Source of the DNA: Eledone cirrhosa
Taxonomy: Eukaryota
Assembly: GCA_964016885.1 (NCBI GenBank)
Contig: OZ024742.1
Coordinates: 21,948,001-22,012,000 of the forward strand
Direction of reading: 5' to 3'
DNA length: 64,000 bases
Under the pieces are notes generated by a model. It ran no database searches and was not told the origin of the DNA. It saw nothing but the letters and a program-made list of their open reading frames with translations. Both the position numbers and the translations under genes were made by a program. Below, piece after piece: positions 10,608 to 21,598 of the stretch (positions are counted from its first letter, which is position 1; every line of letters starts with the position of its first letter).

Positions 10608-10985
10608 TAACTCCTACTGGAATCGTAGGGACGCCGTAATGACATGCGGTGTTTTGAGGGTATTTTTAAACCTAACGGAGCCCATTTCATCTCCAGGTGT
10701 GAATACAGCAAATTTCTTCCAGAGTAGGATAGAGAGTGAGAGAATAGAAATCAGACAGAGATATAGAGGAAGAATTGACCTAAGTACTCAACTGGTACTT
10801 TTTTTATCGACCTCAGCGGGAGTTGAACTCAGAGCCGGACGTTCTATCCGACGTTCTAGCTCGTCTGACAATTCCCCGACTGTGAAATTGTATAAATATC
10901 AACCAATTCCACCTTTTAGACACGGTCATAGCATTTGCTTCGTTAACAGGAAAGAAATCATAGTTTTTTACGAAAGCGATAGAGA
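10608..10985. repeat. About 400-bp dispersed repeat containing an internally deleted SINE; paralogues at 56416-56808 and, partly and inverted, at 62580-62830
   Basis: Shared strings tgaatacagca..ttccagag..ggatagagagtgaga and gacacggtcatagcatt.gcttcgtt.acaggaaagaaa. Confidence 0.7.
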
Positions 10986-11820
10986 TTTGTGACGTTTATA
11001 TGGCTTTCTGAGAGATATTGAATGGCTACCAACTGGCTACCCACTTTAAGAAATAGGTTTCCTTTGACAAGGAACGATTTTTTGTGCTTTTATGAAACGA
11101 GATATAAAATGTTGTGACATCCATATTTTTACCATACTGAATAAATGATGTGAAATAGTTTCAACAGTGTAGTGAAACGGTGGGGTTTTACTCTTCCACA
11201 GTGTCTTTTGTCACACTCTTTCTCACATTAGCACAGAATTAGTGGATTATGAAATAGGTGGAAAAGATATCTCGATGTCAATGAGATGAAGGCTAATGAC
11301 AACTGCGACATCAATTGAACTTAAACGGATGTGGTATATAACTGAACAGGGATAGGCTTAAATATCCAAACATTCTCCTATCCTTGCCCACCCCTCACCC
11401 ATTTATCTTCTACCCTCTATCATATCTTACTTCTACCCCTCCTTCGCCTCTGTTAAACACCCTTCTACGATGATGGCGTTGTCAACATTCGATTAGCTTA
11501 TAGAATGTATAAATGTATTTATAAGAAATATCTAGATAAGACTATATAATGATAGATGAGAGAAAGAAACTTTATCCATAGAATAAGTTAATAGTAAAAG
11601 TAAAATAACTATAAAATCAAGAATCGATCGTCGACAGTCTAGGAAAACAAATTAGAGGTAGGCAACCATTTATATGGACATCTCGGAATACCAGACTGAC
11701 AGTGTGCTAAAATTTACTAATGATTTGAATACATTGAAGATATACAGGTTTTATATATAAATAGGTTTTGAAATTATAGTTTGTAAAAGTCACGATGGTG
11801 TTCAATAAGTATGACTTTAT

Positions 11821-11945
<125 letters not shown>

Positions 11946-11947
11946 CT

Positions 11948-12008
<61 letters not shown>

Positions 12009-12147
12009 GGGGAGAGAGAGAGAGTGAGAGAGAGAGAGAGAAAGAGAGACAGATATATATATATATATTTATAAATATATGCAGAACATCCCGGTAAGGG
12101 TGAAAGCAGCGATTCTTTGCTTAAACTTTAGTCTGTTATTTTAATAA

Positions 12148-12202
<55 letters not shown>

Positions 12203-12540
12203 CTAATAAGCTTGAAACTAGTACATCGTTCCTGTGTCAGTGTTGAACAAAAAGGTGACGTGGTTGCCTAAACACTGTACGGCGTAATTCGGGCTGTTTG
12301 TTTGTTTACAAACAAGCAAACCGAGCATTATAATAAATGTTCGATAAACCGATACGTGCATATATATATATGTGTGCATGTATGTATATATATACATACT
12401 ACTGTACGTCTGTATACATATATGTATGTACGTATACATACATACTTACATTTATGTAAGTGCCGTACTAAGAGTGAGAAATGAAATTTCGTTTCATTCT
12501 ATTCCATTTATATATATATATATTTATATATATATATATA

Positions 12541-13200
12541 TATAGAATTCACAGGAATCAAAGTTATGTTCAAACCATTTATTAGCTTACAATTGTTTCA
12601 TCCAAACCGAGGCTTGACATCTTCGGAGCATTTTTCAATGTTTGTATACATACATGACCTCCTTTCCAACGCAAGAGACATATGTATATATTGATGCACA
12701 GTGGGGTGACATATATTATATTATTTCTGAATGGCAATTTAAATTAAAAATTAAAATCATATTAAAACAGAATGAAAGCAAAATTTAAATTAAAATACAA
12801 CATCGGCAGTTAACGTAGATAATGCAAGAGGATAGTTTGTTAGTCAGTTGTAGTAGTTATTGCATGCAATAGTTACACGTGGGGCATGCACGTGCGTCTT
12901 ATTTATATATGATTATTATGCGGCAGGGTGTTATATGCAATACAAGCACTTTAAGCGCTTGTATTGCATATTTTGAAAGGATGTCATGTATGTATACAAA
13001 CATTGAAAAATGCTCCGAATGCGCCAAGCCTCGGTTTGGACGAAACAATTGTAAGCTAATAAATGGTTTGAACATAACTTTGATTCCTGTGAATTCTATA
13101 TAACTGCTCTGTAGAACAACTGATGTTATTACATTGAGCTATTTATCTTACTGGTAATAAGGTAGTAATAAATTAGTCTTTCACTATTTAGGGTTTAAAA
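12541..13200. mobile_element. Penelope-like end with ~120-bp inverted arms (12541-12658 and 12983-13100), each carrying a hammerhead variant
   Basis: The arms are reverse complements, and the element is flanked by (TA)n. Confidence 0.65.
12585..12630 (-). ncRNA. Minimal hammerhead variant (core CCGAAGA, U4->C) with palindromic stem III CAATTG
   Basis: Minus strand: GCT-CCGAAGA-tgtcaagc ctcg gtttggat-GAAA-CAATTG-TA-AGC. Confidence 0.6.
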
Positions 13201-13254
13201 TATATATAACTATAAAAGTTTTAGTATATACATAACCATAAATAGTATCCTTAA

Positions 13255-13349
<95 letters not shown>

Positions 13350-13577
13350 TATATATATTTAGGTTTGAAGGTTCACCGCTGGATAGAGCTGGTCATTCCG
13401 TATGGTCAATCTTGATGTAATAATATGGAGAATACTCAACGTAAAGCAGCTCAACCGTCTCCCAACTACACAAACGAAGACAGCTAAAGTGGAAGATGCT
13501 AGATGGTCGCTCGTCCTCGGTTCTATGATTTTCAGCGCCATGGATTTTATCTGTTACATGCATTTATTATATTTCGA

Positions 13578-13635
13578 ATACCTGATGATATTACCGGATT
13601 CATACGGAACCCGGTCATTGAAATGATCAGAGTAT
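13578..13635 (+). ncRNA. Degenerate hammerhead (U16.1 replaced by G)
   Basis: ATAC-CTGATGA-tatt accgg...ccggt catt-GAAA-TGATCA-GA-GTAT, with palindromic stem III. Confidence 0.6.
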
Positions 13636-13691
13636 AATAAACCTTTCAAGGATTTACACAAGTCCAGCCACCTGTTATTTTATTATATACA

Positions 13692-13744
<53 letters not shown>

Positions 13745-13745
13745 T

Positions 13746-13798
13746 GAGATTCTACAGGACTAGAACTGTTTCATTCATTAGAAATCATCAGGAATCTC
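13746..13798 (-). ncRNA. Type I hammerhead ribozyme (family H1), intact, 7-bp stem I
   Basis: Minus strand: GAGATTC-CTGATGA-...-GAAA-CAG..CTG-TA-GAATCTC. Confidence 0.85.
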
Positions 13799-13800
13799 CT

Positions 13801-13853
13801 GAGATTCCTGATGATTTCTAATGAATGAAACAGTTCTAGTCCTGTATAATCTC
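13801..13853 (+). ncRNA. H1 hammerhead, head-to-head with the previous one; first stem I pair mismatched
   Basis: GAGATTC-CTGATGA...CTG-TA-TAATCTC. The element tail continues to 13935 and matches 789-870 in reverse complement. Confidence 0.7.
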
Positions 13854-13934
13854 ATCTATATTAAAACTTTTATACTCTGCTATGTATTGAGTACCTTACT
13901 TAATGTGGTTACCTCCGATTCAACCCGGAATAAC

Positions 13935-14011
<77 letters not shown>

Positions 14012-14042
14012 TACATATGTACATTTATATATATAGTATATT

Positions 14043-14073
<31 letters not shown>

Positions 14074-14111
14074 ATATGTATATGTTGTATACATACATAT
14101 ATACATACATA

Positions 14112-14910
14112 CATCGAGGATATCACCAATGTCATCAGCAGCTGTCCAAAGATGTCATCGCGGTACTATCTACCTATGAGGCATGATGTAGTGGCCAAAA
14201 CACTGTACAATGAGTTCGTAAAAAAGATAGCCCCGATAATAAACACATTAAAAGCTACAGCAATGTGGAAGACATCCATGTACATAATATGAAAGAGTAC
14301 TGGTGGAATGTTCCAGTAAAAACACCAATAAAATGCAGGCATAACAGACCAGATATATTGATATGGGACAGGGAGAAGAAAGCATGCACAGTAGTGGATA
14401 TTAGCTGCCCAGCAGATGCCAATATAATATCAAAGATTAGTGAAAAGAAGAATATTTATGCAGAACTGATGAGAAATCTGCAGATACTCCACCCTGATTA
14501 CACCTTCAGATTTATGCCTGTGATTATTGGGGCACTGGGATATGTTAGTAACTGCCTCAATACAAATCTTGAGAAGCTGGGCTTCACAGGAACAGAAAGA
14601 ACACAACTAGTTAGGAAATTACAAGGACAATCCATTAATGGAACAGTAAAAATATGTAAAACATTCCAAAAATGTTGCACCTAATAACTGCATATACACA
14701 TGTACAGATGCAAAGCATATACACATGCACACATACAACTCAAAACATACACATCCACACATACAATAACATCCATATCTACACATGGAGACATATACAT
14801 ATCTACCTAGTTGATGTGTAAATTCCAATGAGAGAGTCTTGTGTCTATGTTAGAAACCGACTCTCTCTCTATTGGTAAAACTTTGTGAAATTATAAAACC
14901 AGAAGAACAT
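14112..14910 (+). mobile_element. 5'-truncated R4-like RLE non-LTR retrotransposon in (CATA)n
   Basis: Degenerate CCHC (EDITNVISSC), RHD, HNRPDILIWD...VVDISCP, K..Y and PVIIGALG. Frameshift near 14270. (CATA)-type repeats on both sides. Confidence 0.85.
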
Positions 14911-15024
14911 ACCATACATACAAACACATACATACACATACATATATACATACATATATACATATATGCATAAAATACACATACATACACATACATACAT
15001 ATATACATACATATATACATACAC

Positions 15025-15633
15025 ATGGTGGCTGCCAACTCGTTTTTGAGTACGGCCACTACTTTATATCCATGTAGGAGAACCCTTGCCGATGCGCTGA
15101 ACGAGTGTGACTTTTTAGTCCAGCCAGCGACTTGAAAACTCTGGTACAAACACTACACTTGTGACAATTATTGACACATAGTGCTGGTCCCATGGTACCA
15201 TGTGACGACAAGTGCAGAGAGATCTCCAGATATAAAGCAATGCGTGTTCCGTGAAGCTTTTATAGTGAGCAAAGGCACTGCACAAAGCCAGTCCCACTCT
15301 CTTAACCAAGATGATATTTACCAAAAAGAAGAACAAGTCAACATCATTGGATACCATCAGGGTTGCAGGTGTTATATCAGAGTTTTCCTTCTCCTAGAAT
15401 TCTGCCTTGACAAAGGCTAAGGGGTCATCTCTCCCGGTGATTTTGGATGGCTATTGACTCTTAAGAGCTCCCTTGCCCTTTGACAAGTTTTGTTTTTAGT
15501 CCTGCAGGATGTCCAAAGTCACCCGCCTCACCAAGAAACCTTGGTGGGGTTGCCAGTTTAGTCGCCAACGACCCGACCATGAGACAGGTTGTACTGGGAT
15601 ACATGTTACCAGTAGCACCAACTGGTGACCTGA
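15025..15633 (-). mobile_element. 5'UTR-like portion of a non-LTR retrotransposon (R4/RTE-type) flanked by (CATA)n
   Basis: The minus strand carries gggagagatgaccccttagcc..ttctaggagaaggaaaactc, which aligns to the 5'UTR of the R4/Dong element at 36355-36435. Confidence 0.55.
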
Positions 15634-15854
15634 CATACATACATACATACATACACACATGTGTTTTTACGACATAAAATTATTGAATCGTCTGTATTTA
15701 TTGAATCATTGGAAACAAACATTACAATTTTACAATTTTACAATTTATTTCTATTTGCATTTTCACAGAGAACGATTTCCATTTTTTTAAATATAGGAAT
15801 ACAACATACTTTGAAAATAACGTATATTTAAATATTTCTTGTGAATTTTAAATC

Positions 15855-16496
15855 CACTACTACCACCATCACCGCCACATCGCTGCCGCCTACACCACAA
15901 CCCCTTCGCCATCATCGCCGCCACCGCCGACTTCACCACCACCTCTCCGCCGCTACCGCCGCCATTACCACCGCCTCTCTTCTGCCGCAGCCGCTGCTAC
16001 CTCGAAGCCACTACCACTGCACCATCACCGTAACCACCATCACCACTACCACCACTACCACTATCACCACCACCACTACCACAACCACCACCACCACTAC
16101 CACTATCACCACCACCACTACCACTACCATCACCATCGCGGTCACCACCTCCCAACACCACCACCACCACTACCACCACTACCACTATCACCACCACCAC
16201 TACCACTATCACCACCACCACTACCACTACCATCACCATCGCAGTCACCACCTCCCAACACCAACACCACGACTACCACTACCACTACCACCACCATCAC
16301 TACCACCACCACCACTACTACTACCACCACGACCACTACCACCATCATCACCACCACTACTATCACCACCACTACAACTACCACCACCACCACCACTACA
16401 TCTACCACCACTGCCACCACCACCACCACTACCACCATCCATCACCACCAATACTACTACTACTGCTACTACTACTACTACTACTACTGCCACTAG

Positions 16497-16529
<33 letters not shown>

Positions 16530-16580
16530 CACCACTTCCTCTACCACCACCACTGCCACCACCACCACTACCACCATCAG

Positions 16581-16611
<31 letters not shown>

Positions 16612-16732
16612 GCTACTACTACTACTGCTGCTACTAGTACTAGTACTACTACTACTACTACTACTACCACCATCACCACTACCTCTACCACCACTCCTGC
16701 CACCACCACCACCACAACTACTACTACTACCC
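15855..16732. repeat. (ACC)n/(ACT)n low-complexity tract
   Basis: Trinucleotide repeats. The overlapping ORFs are poly-T/H/P/V artefacts. Confidence 0.9.
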
Positions 16733-16898
16733 TGCTGTAAACTGTGTTAGAGCACTAACATCTATAACAGAATTCGTCGCAAAATAACATTCACGTAGTT
16801 TGTCTCCCAAATTTGAACAGTTAGGTCGAACTCTGTCTATACTTTATTTATATACCTTTTATTTATCTGTTTCTTTATATATATATATATATCTGTAT

Positions 16899-17013
<115 letters not shown>

Positions 17014-17244
17014 TTAGAAACACACAGATACATGCGGACACACACATATACATGAATGCATCCACACCCAACCGTGAGTTAAGGGTGCCAACCTCACCGA
17101 TGTTGCTCAATGAATGACTGGGACAGACCAATCCGGTTGAACTAGACTGAACCAGTATCAGAGTTAAAATTACATTATGAAGAGAGAAGAAACATTTAGA
17201 TATAATTAGTAATAAAATGTATCATACCTAAACTGCTCCTAGAT

Positions 17245-17334
17245 TCCTCGACTACGTAGTTTCGTGGCATAAACAAAAACAATACATCATGAAGATATAG
17301 AGTCCCTGCGAGGTCTGCTGACTTATCAAGAGGA
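17245..17334 (-). ncRNA. Type I hammerhead ribozyme, U3-A8 core variant
   Basis: Minus strand: TCCTC-TTGATAA-gt..gca...tgccac-GAAA-CTACGTAG-TC-GAGGA. Confidence 0.75.
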
Positions 17335-17837
17335 TACCTCATTTTACTAGTCTCAAGAACGCGTCTACACGACGTGAGAAAGAATCCCAAAAGGCGGAGG
17401 GGGAGATAGTCACGCGATATAACGGTCGAGAAACAGAGCTAAGCCTCTTATAACCCCGAAGAAAATACCACAGAGGCGGAGGGGGTATTTATGTCGAAGC
17501 CGTAGAAGAGGTGGTGAAGGAGACGAGAAGTATGAGTAATGGCAGCTTTCCAGCAGTTACCACACTTCAAAGATTACTCAACCAGGGGGAGTTATTAACA
17601 ATATATTTAGAAACACACAGATACATGCGGACACACACATATACATGAATGCATCCACACCCAACCGTGAGTTAAGGGTGCCAACCTCACCGATGTTGCT
17701 CAATGAATGACTGGGACATACCAATCCGGTTGAACTAGACTGAACCAGTATCAGAGTTAAAATTACATTATGAAGAGAGAAGAAACATTTAGATATAATT
17801 AGTAATAAAATGTATCATACCTAAACTGCTCCTAGAT

Positions 17838-17927
17838 TCCTCGACTACGTAGTTTCGTGGCATAAACAAAAACAATACATCATGAAGATATAGAGTCCCT
17901 GCGAGGTCTGCCGACTTATCAAGAGGA
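17838..17927 (-). ncRNA. Second copy of the U3-A8 hammerhead
   Basis: Identical core 593 nt away. Stem II is gt-c-ggca/tgcc-ac. Confidence 0.78.
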
Positions 17928-18005
17928 TACCTCGTTTTACTAGCCTCAAGAACGCGTCTATATGATGTGAAAAAGAATCCCAAAAGGCGGAGGGGGAGAC
18001 AGTCA

Positions 18006-21000
18006 CTAGATTTTCCGACTGCGCCAACCTGGACTTGGGCAAATATTAGCGGATCATCTAGGTCGTACCTAGATAGGTTCTTAGTTAGAAATAAGGACAA
18101 GGACTTTTTAAGTTGTCCAAAAATGAGCATGGTTGGCTATTCAGACCACAAGTTAGTGAGCTGCATGGTCAACCTTGACAGAACGCATAGACAGGGACCC
18201 GCTTACTGGAAGCTCAACTTGTCCTTACCGGCAAGTAAGGCTTACAGGAACCGGATTAGCACTTTAGTTAAGGAGCGGTTGACGGGCGCCATCGTCAACA
18301 GCAGGTGGTGGGGATCTCTCAAAAGAGAGATTAGAGTAGTCTCTATAGAATTTAGTAAGGAGTTAGCCTCAAATAGAAATAGGAGGGAAAGGGAGCTGGT
18401 AGAGAATGTAGAAGAGGCAATTAGAAGCGGCGACGTGGCCAGAGTGCTAGCGTCGAGAACGGCCCTGGGCCAGTTCTTCGACGCGAAACACGAAGGCTGC
18501 ATCGTCCGAAGCAAAATACGTGCTCTGGGAAACGAGGGGACCAAAGCTGCTAGCTGGGCCCGCGTGACAGAAGCCAAAAGAGGGAGCAGATCCACTATCC
18601 GGTCTTTGCGAGACCAGGATGGACGGGTGATCCTTGAACCTAAGCAAATGTGCGAGGCTTTTCAAAAGCACTTATACCTCGACGGCCTGCCACGTCTCTC
18701 GGACAGGGAGGCGAAGTCCTGCGAGGAGCCGATTTCAGCCGCTGAGATAGAGGACGTGCTAAGCCAATGCGGCAAACGCAAATCCCTGGGTCTCGATGGT
18801 CTTCCATACGAACTGTATCTAGCTATGCCGGACTTGTTCCCCGATCTCATCGAGGCGGTCAACTGGCAACAGAACGGGAGAATTCCCTGTGCTGTGACCA
18901 AGGGCGTAGTCAAGCTAGTGAGGAAGAACGAGAACAAGGGGGACGATATAAATAATTTCAGGCCCATAACTCTGCTAAATACAGAGTTACAGATTTTGGC
19001 CAAGGTGCTAGCAAAGAGGTTGGCGCTTTAGTGGGCAACCTTGTTGGAGATGCGCAGACATGTTCTATCCCGTCCAGGTCCATTCACGACAACCTCCACC
19101 TCATGCGATACATCATAGAGAGGGTTGGGAACGAACCCGGCTTTGGTGGGGCCCTGATCAACTTGGATCAATCTAAGGCGTTCGATAGAGTCGACCATGG
19201 TTACCTGGATGCGGTGCTAGCTGCGGTAGGCTTCGGACCCGTATTCAGGGGCTGGATCAATGCCATGCACAGCAGCCGTATCTGCTCTAGGGTCAAGGTG
19301 AACGGCTACCTCTCGGAGCCGTTCGAAATCGCGCGGTTCATCGGACAAGGGTTCCCTCTCTCCTCCTTTCTGTATGTAATGACTCTAGAGCCACTGCTGC
19401 GGAAGATGGAATTGTTGCATGGCATCCCGTTGGAACCGGGATTACGGAAAGCGGTGTCGGCCTACGCCGATGACGTAACAGTAATGGTGTCAACGGCCTC
19501 GGAAATCGGGGCGATCGGCACCTTAGGTTTACAGGGGCTAAGCTGAACCGGTACAAGTCGATCGGTCTGCAACTCGGCACATGGAGTGGCAGATCGATTC
19601 CCTCCGATGGCGTCGTCGGGAGTTGGACGGAGGGCTCGGTGAAGTTGCTCGGGGTCTGGTTTGGACCAGACCTCCAGGTGGAGAAGAACTGGGGTGAGGT
19701 AACGAACAGGGTGTTTGCACTGACCCAGAAGTGGGCCGAGTGCAAACTGTCCCTGAAAGGTCGGGCGGAGGTGGCCAACACTTATATAGAGTCCGTCATC
19801 TACTACCGCCTGACCGTCGTGCCTTGCCCAAGGGAAACGCTCGCCAAAATGGAACGCACACTCTTCCAATTCCTCTGGAAGAAGCGGGCTCCTATGGTGA
19901 GGAGATCCATCTGCTGTCAACACCCTTCGAAGGGAGGGCTGGGGATGCCGTGGCTAATGATGCGTAAACACGCATTAAGGCTACGGCACCTCCAGGTATT
20001 CCTCACCGGTCAAGCGGTGTGGGCCCCGTTTGTGAGGCGAGCCTTTCCCAGACTCGTCTCACTCACCGAGCTGCAATCCTGGGTCAAGCAAAGACCGAGA
20101 AAACTGGGCGCCTGGCACACTGAGTGTGCCCAGGCGCTCACGGCTCTCTGGCAGGTGGACCCGGCTGTCAGTGGAGAATCCACCTCGTCATTCTATAGAG
20201 GGCTGGTGGTTAGCAGGTGCGACGACGCCCTCGGAGAAGCCCTAGGCATGGAGGAAGACGAACTGGCCAACCTGTTCGGTAGGACATTCAGCCCGGGACC
20301 CATGGATAACTTTCAAAGGTCGCTGGCCTGGAAGTGCTACCGAGGGGCTCTGCCCGTTCGAGAAAGGCTCTACAGACACGGGCGCCCGGGTAGGGACCCC
20401 TCGAAAAAGATCTGTCCCAGATGCGTGTGCGACGAGGAAACTGTTGCACACGCATTGGTACGATACTCGGGCATTGCCGATCTGTGGGGCTATGTCGAAC
20501 AACTGCTGTCAAGGGTGGGACCGATCCGGTTGACCACCGAGTCTATTGTAACGATCAAGCCGCCTCCCCCTCTTCAAAAACGAAGAAGAGGCGGTGTTTC
20601 TGTGCGTAATACCCATGGCGAAAGAGGTTGTATGGTGGACGCGTCTGAAAGGACTGAGGTCGGACACCTTTCTCTCTGGCCAACAACTGGTCCGTTTCTT
20701 CCGATATCATTTCGGAAGAAGGATCAGGATGGAGAGAGAGGTGCTGCACCACAGCCGTTTTTATGAAAGATGGGTGAAAGTGGCGAGAATGGCCCATGTG
20801 AATGGGCCTTCACTCTACATCAGACTATAGGTGAGGAAGATGAAAGACCAAGGGAGCACCCCCTCTCTGTGCTCCTGAGGAGAAGGTTTGCACACTTTTT
20901 TTCGGCGGTGTGTGCGACACCCCAAGGCGCCTCCTCCCTATTGAGGATTTTGTTATAAAATTTATTTTGTTATATTTTATTTTATTTTTATACTTTTATA

Positions 21001-21100
21001 TCTTGTTATTGCCTCCTACTTATTGAGGACGCCTTTGCATGTAAACTCCCCCCTTTGTACTTGTCCCACTTTTGATGCCCTGGTGGCAAATAAAAAGAAA
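18006..21100 (+). mobile_element. 5'-truncated, decayed Tx1-like LINE (family B): APE C-terminus, RT and zf-RVT
   Basis: SYLDRFLV/SDH (APE), FRPITLLNTE, LDQSKAFDRV, YADD and a CPRC...ETVAH zinc finger. Contains stops, frameshifts and internal deletions. Ends aataaaaagaaa. Confidence 0.92.
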
Positions 21101-21101
21101 G

Positions 21102-21441
21102 TTATCTGTTTCTTTATATATTTATATGTTTGTTTATATATTTATCTGTTTGTTTATATATTTATTTGTTTTTTTTATATATTTATCTGTGTTTATATAT
21201 TTATCTGTTTGTTTATATATTTATATGTTTGTTTATATATTTATCTGTTTGTTTATATATTTATCTGTCTGTTTATATATTTATTTGTTTGTTTATATAT
21301 TTATCTGTCCGTTTATATATTTATTTGTTTGTTTATATATTTATCTGTCCGTTTATATATATATATCTGTCTGTTTATAAACTTATCTGTTTATTTATTT
21401 ATTTATTTATTTATCTATTTGTTTGTTTGTTTGTTTGTTTA
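21102..21441. repeat. 20-bp minisatellite (ttatctgtttgtttatatat)n
   Basis: About 15 visible units. Confidence 0.85.
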
Positions 21442-21598
21442 TCAAATCAATGCAACGTAAGTTATGTCCGACTGTAAGACGTATCTAATATCAATTGCAA
21501 TTAAGAAATAAAATGAGAGAGAGGCCGGAAGGAGAGAGATAAATGAAATTCAAAAATTCAAAATGGTGGCAAGGTAAGCAAAAATAAGAAATTAGGAG

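Noticed and set aside
15841-16740. 299-aa Thr/His/Pro-rich mucin-like ORF (and the similar ORF at 60441-60986)
   Set aside because: It is trinucleotide low complexity, open in several frames on both strands, with no splice support.
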